DNA of 64,000 bases from NCBI GenBank assembly GCA_023515725.1, contig JALDTO010000137.1, forward strand, positions 62,001 to 126,000, given 5' to 3'. Below, piece after piece: positions 41,338 through 54,213 of the stretch; positions within the stretch are counted from its first letter, which is position 1, and the number at the start of each line of letters is the position of its first letter. Source of the DNA: Amoeboaphelidium protococcarum X5. Taxonomy: Eukaryota; Fungi; Aphelidiomycota. Below the pieces are notes generated by a model. The model was not told the DNA's origin. It did not search any database and was given only the letters and a program-made list of their open reading frames with translations. The position numbers and the translations under genes are program-made.

Positions 41338-42643
41338 ATGCCTGCTGCCGTATAGCAATAATAGTAGAATCTGCCAATGACCCAAGAGAATAACGACACG
41401 TTCCTGTTCACTTCTGAATCTGTCGGTGAGGGCCATCCAGGTAATATTTACATATTGTTTTTAGCTTTTTCGTTGCTCACCATCTCATAATTATTACTCG
41501 TTTATTTGAACTTATGTAGATAAGATTTGTGACCAAGTGTCTGACGCCATCTTGGATGCATGCCTGAAGCAGGATCCTCTCTCTAAGGTTGCTTGTGAAA
41601 CCTGTACCAAGACTGGTATGGTCATGGTCCTCGGTGAAATTACCACCAAGGCATCTTTGGACTACCAGAAGATTATCCGTGGTGTGATCAGAGACATTGG
41701 TTATGACAACTCTGACAAGGGATTCGATTACAAGACCTGTAATGTGCTGGTTGCCATTGAGCAGCAGTCTCCTGACATTGCTCAAGGTCTGGTGCAAACC
41801 TCTACTGCAGTTGAGGACATTGGTGCCGGTGATCAGGGTATCATGTTTGGTTATGCTACTGACGAGACTCCTGAGCTTATGCCAGCCACCGTCACCATGG
41901 CTCACCGTCTGAACCAGAAGATGACCGAGCTGCGTAAGAATGGCACTCTTGGCTGGCTGCGTCCTGATAGTAAGACCCAGGTCACCATTGAGTACCGTAA
42001 TGAGAATGGTGCCATGGTCCCTCTGCGTGTCCACACCGTTGTCATCTCTACTCAGCACGCGCCAGAGATTGACAATGACTCCATGAAGAAGGCTCTGAAG
42101 GAGTAGGTGATCAAGGCTGTTGTGCCTGCCAACATGCTGGATGAGCGCACCATCTACCACTTGCAGCCTTCCGGAAGATTTGTTATTGGTGGTCCTCAGG
42201 GTGATGCTGGTCTGACTGGTCGTAAGATCATTGTTGACACGTACGGTGGTTGGGGCTGTCATGGTGGTGGAGCTTTCAGTGGAAAGGATTTCAGTAAGGT
42301 GGATCGTTCTGCTGCATACGCTGCCCGCTGGGTTGCCAAGTCACTGGTGAGCGCCAAGTTGGCTCGCCGTTGTCTGGTTCAGCTAAGTTATGCTATTGGT
42401 GTCTCTCACCCACTGAGTATTTTTGTCGATACCTATGGCACTTCTGCCACCAACCCAAAGACTGGAAAGACTTACACCAATGGTGAGCTGTTGCAGATTA
42501 TTTAGAACAATTTTGATTTGCGTCCTGGTTTCATCGTTCGTGATCTGGACTTGACCAAGCCTGTCTATTAGAAGACTGCCAGCTATGGTCATTTTGGTAG
42601 AACTGATTTTACTTGGGAACAGCCAAAGCCATTGAAGCTGTGA
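41338..42643 (+). CDS. SAM1: S-adenosylmethionine synthetase; intron 41441-41519
   Basis: [45 protein letters not shown]. Confidence 0.97.
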
Positions 42644-42813
42644 GTCTCTGGACTTGATGTCGCCTTAATATTTATTGATCAACTGATATTTGAACGTATA
42701 ATACAGTACGTCTCTCATTTATTATTGTCTCCTTTGTTACACTCTTAAATGTCTTACTATAAAATTATAATCAAGAGAGTTAAAATCATTAAAAACAGAT
42801 ACGAATTAAAAGT

Positions 42814-45747
42814 TCAATTTAAAGTCTATTAGGATCCCCCTTGATCATTCATTATTCGTAATAACAGACGAGGATAATACGTGTTAACCCAGTCAATCAA
42901 CTTGAAATCAGCTATACTTTGGAGTAGAGGATACACCTTATCAAAATCCACTTTGGGTGACGATAAAAATTTCTTGAACTATTGCATTTGCTTAATGACA
43001 TCATCATCCTAATACAGTGTTGCATCAAATATCCATCGAGCGTACGGGAACTAGCTCTTATAATCCTTACTACCATATGAAGCGGGAAGCAGTTCACTGA
43101 GCATATATGAGTCGCCAGCATGGCCAAAATCAACTTTACGAGCATCAAAAATTCTTTAGTTAAATACCAACGAAGCCATCAGTTTAAGGTCAGGTAACAT
43201 AATCTTGCGCGGATGTTTACTAGCCAGAGGAAACTCTATAAATCGTTTACTGTCATTAATCAACTCTCCAACACCAGCGTATGGACGCCTATTAACATTG
43301 CTGTTAGATTGAGCCTACGACTGGATGGGCAAAGACTTCTTGATGAATCCAACAGAATTAGCCAACACAGTGGCCAAATAAATCTCATCAACAATGAAGC
43401 CAAACTCCATGAATGCCGCAACATATGACGCGGTAGGACTATATTGTAAATGACGCACCACATCACGTCCAAGAACCACCCATTAGTGATGTTTGTACAG
43501 AGACCAATGAGAATACGGGAATGCTATCCGCTAAGAACCAGGAGATACTGGAATCTACAAAACTTGAGCCATAGTGTCAACAACATTCTGTGGTAGACCC
43601 TTCGACTGTACATTGTTGGTAATGATCCTTTCATTCTCTGTCACATCTTCAACATCCGAAATCGCCGTTTTCATATTATAGTGGACGACGGTAGATTAAG
43701 GTGCTAGCATAGGAGCATCATATACGCGAGCAATTGCATCAATTGAGCTCCAATAACCCATAAAACTGCACTGACGAATAGATTAGTTTCGAGCCAGACA
43801 GTCAGACATCAAGTCATCATAAATCACATCATTTGATCTTAACATCAAATCATTGGCACTCAGGTTAACAACATAATCCCATTCATAATCCATTTCAAGC
43901 AATTCAAAAAAGCCAGCTAGCTATGCAAACACCAGCGATGATTATCCCCACATACCATAAAATGATCGCTTCATAACTTTAGTCTTTGCATAGAGTGATG
44001 GATTCTATGACATCTGTTGCTCAACATACTTTACAATCTATCCTTTGAGAACGGGATTCTTGGCATCGACGTGTATGAGGATTACCGCGTGCTTATCGAT
44101 TATAGATTCCAAAAGCTTGACAAAATTAGTAAAGCCTTTATGCACCAACACGAAATAGGCCAATTTATGTGGTCGGTCAAAAGCTTTGATATCACGCTGA
44201 CGAATCTTGTCCGCCACTTTCGACAATTGTTGCAAGGAGAACTACTCCAACTTGAAAACCTTCTACTCATTTGTGGCTGCGGTCGCTGAGGAATGAGAGG
44301 ATAACGAAGCCATAGGATCAAACTGTGACAGATCATCTCGTCTATATCGTTTACCAATTTGACCATTTCTAGCGGGCTACTACTATTACTAATCTTTATT
44401 TGTTGAAGTGCCAGAGGAAGTCGATGATGAAAGTGCAGCATCAAACTTGGAATCTTGACGCTCATGAGAGATGAACAAATCTTCATCGGAGTAAACATCA
44501 TTAACATACTTTTATCTCCAATCGAAAGCAAGAGCATCAGCTTCATATTAAACTAAATCCAAATTCAGAGGAGCATAATTAATTGAGCCATCAAAATACA
44601 CCCGCGGATCGATGTACCGCATAAATTTCCTGTCACCGACAATTAATGGGAAAGCCGATTTGATCTTCAAAGGATTGCTATCAGCATCGTTATACCGAAA
44701 TTACTCAGACGCCACGTACTTCAAGTGAGGATTGTTACCATCCGCTGCTTAAAAGCAGGCAAATCTCAAACTGGAATAAAAAGCATCATGCGAACTCTTC
44801 ATAAAGGGACTTGAACGATCTGAAGCAGACTAATTCTGATTGAGTTACTACTATGAGGAAATTCTTGTGAATGATGCTCGAATCTCCTATTCAGATAATC
44901 CATACTGACGCTGTAGAAGAGTTTAATACAGAGCAATTGCAGCGGTGTCTATAACTTAAACCGCTTTTTCAACGCCAAACTCTTTCAATGATGTAATTCC
45001 ATTCATGTCAAATCCAATCCTGTCTGTAGTTTAATAACTTTCATCTTGAATAACTACAAGAGGACTCTATAAATCCACCAATGGACTGAACATCTTTTCA
45101 ATCTTCTTATTCAACTTTAAACGGAATAGCAACGGTGTAGATCTAAGTTGATCCAAGATCTAATCAAAGTCTTTCTCTAATGGCGCCACTTAGTAAATAG
45201 CTTCCATAATAGACTTATATAGCGGAGCTTCAGCATCGAATACAGCTCCATTCAAATGCTGACAGAATCTGAATCCATTCAATGGCACTAAAGTACTCTG
45301 ATTCATCTCATTCTTCTAAGGCTCTTGATAAATAAAAGATTCTTGTTTATTAGATGAAAACCACCATTACTTTGCGATAGAGAGGAGCGAAATCTAGCTA
45401 ACAAAACTAAATACTCGACCTGGATACTCGCCAGATTGAGACAGATTGGCACTTTTGAATTGTGAAATGTTGACATAATCCGCACTAGTCCAAGGTTCAG
45501 ATTTACTATTGCTACTACTGTCGTCAACATCAGACGGACTCTCATAATAAACTCCACTATGATTCTCATCATTTAAGACAGCCGCAAGTTGAGGCATTTA
45601 CGACGCGGCCACTTCAGAGTGCTAATCAGTAATAGACTTTGCACCTTCAACTCCAGCAGAAAGAGATCTAGAGGATACATCTATTGAAAGAAGGCACAAC
45701 ACTAAGAGCAATTCCAGCGAAAGCCATTACCTTTATAACATTCCCAT
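42814..45747 (-). CDS. Secretory-pathway glycosyltransferase family 14 (Core-2/I-branching, xylosyltransferase-like) with large N-terminal extension, 977 aa
   Basis: Signal peptide. KLAYFVLVHK...ILIHVDAK...WGQSSLVFAQL...WDYVVNLSAND...QWVVLGR...DEIYLATV. Confidence 0.82.
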
Positions 45748-46578
45748 TTCTGCTCACTCAAATCTAAAATACAATAAAAAGATCTTCGGTATATTTAGTC
45801 AGATCAATCTATTTATCTATCGGCACCTTGTTGATGAATGAATACTATCGGCAGATCAGATCAGCAGCAGTCACAGTGTATAAATAAACCCAATTGGTTC
45901 ACTTAGTGGAATTAAGCGCAGATGGAATAGCGGTCAATAGCTGCTTATTAATTAAAGCAACAACTTGAATGCAGAGAAGAAATAACTAAAAAGAGGCACC
46001 TTCAGGGGCTTGGTGAATGAATATAATATTTCCTTGTGGGGCGAATAGCTATTTTGTTTCAGCGAGAAAATTTCACAAGGCGATCGATCTCACCTCCCAT
46101 TGGCCGAGCCTGAAATTACTAATTAAGTTGGTTGCCAAGCAATTCATTCATCAATTCCCCTAGAGATTTAGTTTGGTGACTGATATGATGATGATCTATT
46201 GAATATAACACCTTGCTTTCTTGAATTTTATAAGCCAATTTTTGAGTGTTTAACAGGTTTTGAATGTTGGTGATCTCGCATTTGCCTTCATAAAAACTTT
46301 GTTGTGTCACACACACCATGTTCATGCGCGTTTATAGCTTTTGTTGACTGCGCTTTATCTCATAGTATTAAGATTAGCTATCATAATGCTTTCATACAAT
46401 TATTAATCATCTTGGCGGACATACATACGGCAAAGAGTGTAATCATTTTTCACATGTTTTTTCCCAAGAGTCAACGTTATCGAACTCAACTTGTGCTTCA
46501 ACCACCCAATAAGAACTGTTTCAGCGTTTTCGTCTCAAAGCTTTCGATTTCAACTTAAAAACATCCATAAGAGATAAT

Positions 46579-49500
46579 ATGGAGGTGCTTTACACGTCAG
46601 ATACGCATAAAAAGAACAAAGTTTGGCATGATGGAGTAATTAAGGAAGTATAGTCAAGCAATTCACGGAAGAAAATGTATGAACTGCGTGACAATGCAGG
46701 AGCCGTAGTGGATCGTCACGCTCTAAGTTGTGCCATTGGGTAAGCTGTGACAAATGATCAAGAGCTTACATTTGGGAGGCATCTGGTGATGATAACCTAA
46801 ATAACATATTAAAATACTAATGCTGCACAGTAGTAAAATTCTTTCTACACCTAGCCACTGCGTAATTAAAAGAAGAAGACTTTCAGGGTACCACTTTCTC
46901 AACGTCCCGCGGTTGAAACGTAAGTCTAGAACGTGTAATCCTCTTAAGCAACAGAAGATAAGTAAGTAGAGATTTTGAAATGTTTATACACGGATTAAAT
47001 TCATAAAAAGTAAAAGACTTGGCTCGATGGAACTATAAAAGTGAGTTAGTCGGCCAAGTCACTTAAATTATTCAGCCAGTCTGGACAATAAATCTTGTCG
47101 GCAAAAAGCCAAGATGTGGTGTCAGATGCTGATATATTCAGCAAAGATTAAGCAGATGGTGAACTTACGATTGATGGCAAGTATCTAGTCTAATTCGAAC
47201 GTGATAATGTCCCCACTTTATCATAACGCGTCAATAAGTTTCATTCAGCCTTCAAGCGGCCAAAGTTCATGGTACCAAAGTCTACTCCAAATGTCGATCA
47301 GAACGTTGAACCTGTCATAGAGATTGATCTTACCAAGAATGCATTAGAATTGGAAGCTCTTGTAGATCTGAACAATGAAGATGACCGGATAGTGAGTCTC
47401 GCTGTAGAGACTCAATAAAGCTCCATCATGAAGGTCGAGCCGATGGTGCTGGCCAAGTCCAACCTTCGCGTCAAGTTCAAACCTCCTCTGAAGTAAGCTG
47501 GTTCAGTGCCGACCACTCCATTGGCAATATCTGTTTATCCTTGGAAATAAGCAGCCGTCAGATCATCTAAGCACAATGGAGTAAAGTTCAAGCGAGAGTA
47601 CAAAGTTCCCACGCAATTCAAATCCGCCGAGACATATCTCATGACTTTGTTGAACACGCAACTGGAATGTTTGTAAATCTAAGTTAATGAGCAGTTTGTC
47701 GAGTTATACAAGGTGCGTTCCACTCTGGCAAAGAAGATGCAATTGAACAATGCGGACGCTTGGCGAGGCAAAGGTGTGAAAATGTCTTTTGGCTGTGAAC
47801 TAACAGAAGTTTCAGTGTATGATTAGGAAAATCAGACTTATTCTCTCACCTTGCCAAAGGTTGGGGACTTGAAACTTTACTCGAAAGATGATCTTTGGGT
47901 GGTGAGTAAATCTATGTAATTTGAATAGTCTGAATCTGCTTTATTTCGATCTAATTGGCATGGTCCTAGAAAGTTATCGGGTACCAATGGGACTATGGAA
48001 TTGAAGCCTTTGGAATCTCAGAGTGTGGGCCGTAAATTCTTCAAAGATTTATTATCTTCAGATGCTGGAACGGATTCAGGTACTATCAAACGTCAGCGAT
48101 CCAAATTGGAAATGTTTGATGAGCGATTCATAAAGTAAAATAGCACTAAATGCCCCAATTTAGTTGCAGTAAATCTATTTAACGCGTCATCTGAATTGAA
48201 AGTGATAGAAAAGCTGAAGGATTTGTAGAAATGCGTTGTGGGTAGTTCGCTGTTGGACTAAATCTAGTCGTTTCCCCTTTGTCCTTATATTGTGGGAGAT
48301 GTTGCGCAGAGTAAAATTAAATAGGTGGTATCTAATAGTCTCTTTCAGTAGTCACATTTAGAGTAAGCATTGGCCCTTTTAAAGTAGTATCATATCTAAT
48401 ACAAACTTAATGATGACTAGAAAGACGTTTCGGTAGCATTTACCAAGAACTTGATCTTGTCTTCAGAAGATGGTCACTATCCAATTACTCTGTGTCATGG
48501 AGTATTCGGAGCGGGTAAATCGTATCTCCTGGCCGTGCTTATAATGTTTCTTCATGAATTTGTTGAATTAATTGGACTTGATTCTAAGGACTTTAAGGTA
48601 TTACTTTCATCGAATACTAATGTAGCTGTTGATAGAGTTCTGGTTGTTCTCAGAGAATTGGGATTTGAAGGGTTTACTCGAATTGGTCCTATTAACAAGA
48701 TTGATAAGCGGATTTTGCAATATCGTTTGCAATAAAAGGCTAGAGATGATGCAAATGACCAGAATGATGAAGTCAAAGTACTTGCTGCAATGATGGACAA
48801 CTGTCGTGATGATCGGGAGCGCCAATATCTAGAGGATGCTCATTATAAATATTCTCAAAAGCTCAACATTGATCTTCTCAAGGATACCTTCCTGGTTGGC
48901 ACTACTTGTCTATCTACATTAAATCCTGTGCTGAGCAGTCCATTGAATAACGGACATTAAATCAAGTTTCCTGTGGTGTTTCTGGATGAGTGCAGCTAAA
49001 TGACTGAGGCTCTAAGTCTTTTGCCACTGGCTTCGTTTGATACTAAATGTGCCCTCCTGATTGGCGATCCTTTACAACTACCGCCAACGCTCCCACCAGC
49101 TTCTCCGGCTCTTTCCAATGACAGCGACGCGCATGGATCTGAGAGAACTCTATTCGAACGTGTCAGAGATATGGGAGTTCCTGCTGTTATGCTTCGTACA
49201 TAGTACCGCTGTCATCCCGAGATATCGTCTCTATCGAATGAACTCTTTTATGACTCCAAGCTGGTTAATGGCATCACGGCTGAGCATAGACCACCTTTGA
49301 TCAATAGCAATTTTCCTCATCTCATGATGGTCAACATTTCAGATGGTAAAGAAGAGCAAACATATTCCGGTAGCTACATCAATCAGTCTGAGAGCTAGTG
49401 CATATTGAAAATTGTTCGGTCAATTTTACAGTAAAAGTTATCGAATGGCGACCGTCTGCGTGGGAGTCAACTGGGCGTTATATCATTGTACAAGAGCTAA

Positions 49501-49848
49501 TCTGAACTGTTGTCTTAAATTATAAATGTTGGAGATTGTTAGGAGACGGTTGAAGTCAGCACTGTAGATGCATATCAGGGTGCCGAGAAGGATATCATTA
49601 TTTTATCAACTGTGAGATCTGGTGGCAGTTCAGTTGGATTTATTGACGAGCCTCGACGCATCAATGTTGCATTGAGCAGAGCACGCTACCATTTGATAAT
49701 TGTTGCCAACGTGGATACCGTTAAAAGTAATGATTTATGGTAGAAGATTATTGCGAAATGTAGCTAGAATATATTTTCTCTCGAACAGTCTCTAAATTTA
49801 ATGAAGGTCACCAATCCCGTGAATAGTGGCGATGATGAATTTGTGTGA
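46579..49848 (+). CDS. ZGRF1: ZGRF1-like protein: two DUF2439 domains plus Upf1/Dna2-like SF1 helicase
   Basis: VLYTSDTHKKNKVWHDG and CLYTDQIHKKQKTWLDG. YSKDDLWVVS. LCHGVFGAGKS, SNTNVAVD, LDECSQMTE, GDPLQLPPT, QYRCHP, STVDAYQGAEKD, NVALSRAR. Confidence 0.85.
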
Positions 49849-50037
49849 TCATAAGCCTGTCATGTTTATAGTACTGTCTGTATAAGGAGATCTCACTGAC
49901 AAGCTGTCAAGCGTAAAATACCGAAATAAGTAAAATCAGTAATATTCAATCTCTTTCAAATTTCCCAAGCATCACACGCTGCATGCCACCAGCAATGTAG
50001 CACCATACACACAGACTCAGACCATTACACATATAGC

Positions 50038-51341
50038 TCACAAGATTCCCTTTGGAAACACGCCAATGGTGATGAATTCATTGACAACTTCCCGCAGTTT
50101 GTCTTCAGTAATCTGAGGAACCTTGTACTTGTATCCTACAGCAGACTCGACCTTGCTGCCATCCACAGAAAGGGAGTTGTTGTACAACAGCTCCTGGTCC
50201 AAGTAAGGGGTCAGAGGACTGTTACTAACACCGTGACGCTTACACAGATCACTCCATGGCTGCAGATGTTTATCGTTAATCTCCTCCGTGATGTCCTTCA
50301 GATTCAGACGAGCCAGATTACTGATGATAGATCCCTAGTATCCAGTGGTAATACCAAACATGGAGCGCAGATGAGCATTCACAGACTCCTGGTCAGAGTC
50401 ACTCTTGTCAGCCAAATTAAAAGTCTACTTTAACACCTTGGCACTGGTAGCAGAGTTGACGGCAGCCTGAGCAATGGCAACCAGAGCACCAACCACATCA
50501 TCCACATGCACAGTATTGATACGCAAGTCCTTGGTCCACAAGAACTTCATCTCCTCCTTCAGTTCCTTGTACACTGCAGCGATAACAATACGAGGGGTCA
50601 GACCGGCCATATCACCCACGCCATAAACGATAGCTGGACGCACAATAACATAATTCAGACCCGAAATCTTGGCAATCTCCTCCTCAGCCTTCAACTTATA
50701 CTTGGCAATAAGAGTCCATGGCTTCACCTTACCACTCTCATCACTTGACTTCTTGTCAGCGTCATAAACCTGAGCAGTACTCGTCTCAATGAACACACCA
50801 ACATTCATCTTGGCTGCCTACTTGGCACAGTTGACACTCAATAAAAACACCTACAGTACATGAATACATAGTTTAGTTATAGAGTCGATGGATACTCAAG
50901 AGTGCAATAATCATACCTTTTCGTTATAAACCTCATCAGTTTAAGAGTACTTGGTCTCTCCAGCAACGTTAAATACCCAGTCCCACTTGGTGACTCCATC
51001 TTCGAATGCAAAAGCCTTTTCAATAGATGCTACACAAACAATAAGTAAGTCGCCACTCCGTCTCAGTCAGTGGACGCAGTGTTTAAACTCTCATTGTAAA
51101 TCAAGTTAAAGAGATGCCAAGTTCAATATGTAAAAGACATACCAGGATTGACTAGATTTCCCTAGCGAAAGTCCACCTTATCGAATGCCTTCTACTGGCG
51201 GGCAGTGAGATAGGCAGTTGGCAGTAGAACCTTGTCGACAACTCTAATCTTGCTACACAGATCATTCTCTACCAGGAAGGTGACCAAGTTCTTTCCAATG
51301 AAACCAGCTCCTCCTAATACCAATGCAGTTGGCTTGCTCAT
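50038..51341 (-). CDS. NAD-dependent epimerase/dehydratase family protein; introns 51030-51142 and 50851-50916
   Basis: LVLGGAGFIGKNL...WVFNVAGETKY...PWTLIAKYKLKAE...VRPAIVYG...TVHVDDV. Confidence 0.88.
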
Positions 51342-52121
51342 AATGATGAATATTCTAAGATCAAGTGTATAAATCAACTGTGAAGATGACGGGTGCAAAT
51401 GTAAATCTAAATATGATAGTCGGCGATTGTCTAGCTGTTGGTTGTGTTAAACAAGAAAGCGCTCTCACAATTTATTTTGTTGTTTTAGCGAAACTTAGAA
51501 GGAACGAACGGTCGCCGCCTTAAATAATTTCACTCGTTGAAACTGCCCCTAAGCGAGCCAGTCTCTTTGCTGTTTCAACGCGGACTTTTCTGAATGAGAT
51601 GATGATTATGAGACTTGTCTACTGTAGCAATGAATGACAAGACTATGGTTAAATCTAATTTTTCTATTTAATTTAACATGATGCATTCACTAACTCTCTC
51701 TTTATCTCAAGCAATCAATAGCCATACATGCCAAATGTTGGTTTAAAGAAATCAAATTGTTCTACATTACTTTAATCGACCATTTCGCGTGCTTGTCGCC
51801 ACCATCGATTCGGAAATATTCAGTACAGCTTCCATATCCCTCTTCAGAAGAGGAACTTTATGCAATCTTAGGATAAATGCGTCTGGTTATAGCGTTAAAA
51901 CAGCTTATGCTTATAGTTTGGATATGAGAAGGAGTGCACAGGTACGCATCTCAACTTAGATATCACGCTGCAGTTAACAACGATACCAGTCCTCAGCCGC
52001 GGCACCACCCTCCACCATCAGTCAACGAGAAAACTATAAGGTTTCAATGTATTCAAGAAGTTCAAGCTATGAAAACTAATAAGATAAATAAAATTTTTGT
52101 AATCATAAATTCCGAAAACTA

Positions 52122-52571
52122 TCAAATCACGATAAGTACCCCTTAGTCTATCATAAACTGCTCCACAACCAACGCCATTATTTTTGTACTACTATTTGCC
52201 AGGAACTGTCGATACTCCTTATCGATCAGATCCGCCGCGAGGGCTGGCATCAACGCATTGCCACTAGGAAAGTGGATGCGCTTCAGCGACTTCCGGCACT
52301 GGATATCGCCAAACCTGAATTCATACAGGCACTCGCACAAACAAACCAAGTATCGAACCACTTTATCCTCCCGGCCATTCATTATCACCTTTCGAACGTG
52401 ATCAGCCAGACGACATGCAAGCATACCAACTGCATCATCAGAATTAACAGAAGACACTGAATGCTGTTGCACCACATTGTGCCGGATGTCATCATCAATG
52501 TGCATAGACTAGACAGCATCAACCACAGCAGCATCAGCATTGCTTGGTTAACAAGCACCATCACCAGACAT
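52122..52571 (-). CDS. Hypothetical protein (149 aa)
   Basis: ATG52571 is in frame with track ORF 52143-52505 and extends to TGA. No recognisable motif. Confidence 0.45.
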
Positions 52572-53437
52572 TGCAATAATATTTGTAAATCACTGTTTCA
52601 CAATATTTTTACCAATTGTAAGAAAGCAGTGCAAAGTCCAGGTGAGAATGTAAACAATCATAAAAGAGATAACCAATGAATCACCTGAGTATTTCTGCTC
52701 AACGATGTCGGTCTAATTGGGTGATTAAAGGTGGTACAGATGCAGGCATTCTCGATAATCGTACTTTAAATCTATGTTTACCAGTGAGCACCTTATAAGA
52801 GATCATGGAGGCATTTGTAAGGAAACTTTTATATGGATCTGTCGTTTCCATACCGGTACAGATCTAATTTGGCGATATTAAGTGGCAATTTCACCATACT
52901 ACAGGAGCACTACAACGCAAAGAGATTAAATTTGGTTATCATACTAACCTTTAGGATTCATAAAAAGCCAGAGATCTTTAACAACTTTAAAAAGCAGTGT
53001 TATTGTCGGCATCTGGTGTTTCCGTCAGACTTGTCTCCTTTCACTAAGCCAAAATGCAGTGTCAGAGACCGCTTGCATTCTTGTCAGAGCCATTCATCGG
53101 TTCTTAACTTTTACTTTTCACTTAAGCTAGACCCTATTGGTTATGTATAGTATACTTTCATACTGAACCTGCGATAATCGTGACTAGATAACATTACGCA
53201 AAGCACTTTATCAACGAAGGAGAAAGGAGAGATACAGCGGTGTAAACGTTTTATTGGAGTGGTCAGCCACATGAATTGCCGTTATGATTCTCATATGGAT
53301 AAAATCCATTGTAACCTCTATAAAGATTTTACTGTTCGCCTACTGTAGCATGAGACCAGATGTTTGAACGAAAAGCAAGATTTCAATGCCCTGAACTCAA
53401 AAGATTAAACATTAATTTACTAATACAAGCCCATCAT

Positions 53438-53824
53438 TCAACTTTCTTCTGCTCCAAATCTAACGATAACAAATTGCGGACATCGACCAAAGTCGTCTCT
53501 CTCCTCCATCTTCCTCTCTTCCTCGACCATCTCTCTTAGATTTTTAATCTCAGTGGCCATCAACTAGAGCTCGCTCTCTAGTTCACCCATTCGATCTGTC
53601 AGAGATTGAATGATCCTGCCATCAGACGATGTCTGTGTCGTCTATGGATCGTAAGTAATGGGATTTCTCCTATTAGCAATCCATTATAGAGGATTATTAG
53701 GATCAAAACCGCCGAAAAAGCTTTTCAGAGCTATCGGACTAATTTGGTGACTGTTGGTACAGGTGCAGGCATTCTCGATCATCTTGCATAAGGCCACATT
53801 TTCTAGAGTTTACCGGAAATACAT
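53438..53824 (-). CDS. Hypothetical protein with a coiled-coil C-terminal half; 5' end uncertain
   Basis: MYFRQTLENVALCKMIENAC...QSLTDRMGELESELQLMATEIKNLREMVEEERK then TGA. Confidence 0.4.
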
Positions 53825-54213
53825 ACACTAACTGCTACGAGACTGTTCATTAATTAAAATTTTATAAGTTATTTCACTTAAATGCTTGTCGGTGATGGAA
53901 AAAGATCAAAGTTGTGACGATTCCATGACAAATCGTGTCGCGGTCTGAACTGGTTCTGACCTGTTAGTGGTTGAATCATTAGAGTTATGGCGTGTTACTT
54001 CTGACATTGAAGAGTTTTAGATTATAGTTGAGTGGTTAATGCAATATCGCATCTACATTCTCAGGCTTGGTTCCTAACGAAGCAGTGATAGAGGTTGTTG
54101 AAATTTGAAAGATTCACCTTCAAATCTAATTGATGAAACAAAAAATATTTTAAATTAGAAGATCCATTGAAACAAAGATTCCAATTTACAACGATACAAA
54201 TTAAAACTTTGCT

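Noticed and set aside
41441-41530. METTL16-type UACAGARAA regulatory site at the SAM synthetase intron or 3' UTR
   Set aside because: The acceptor reads TATGTAG/ATAAG like all other introns, and I saw no nonamer in the 3' flank.
39705-42262. Long antisense ORFs (39705-40331, 41477-42262, also 10190-10735)
   Set aside because: Shadows of strongly codon-biased IDH, SAM synthetase and HPPD on the opposite strand, with no protein motifs.
51752-52018. 88-codon minus-strand ORF MVEGGAAAEDW...
   Set aside because: Short, with no motif and no TGTAG-bounded intron linking it to the upstream ORF. Cannot be supported.
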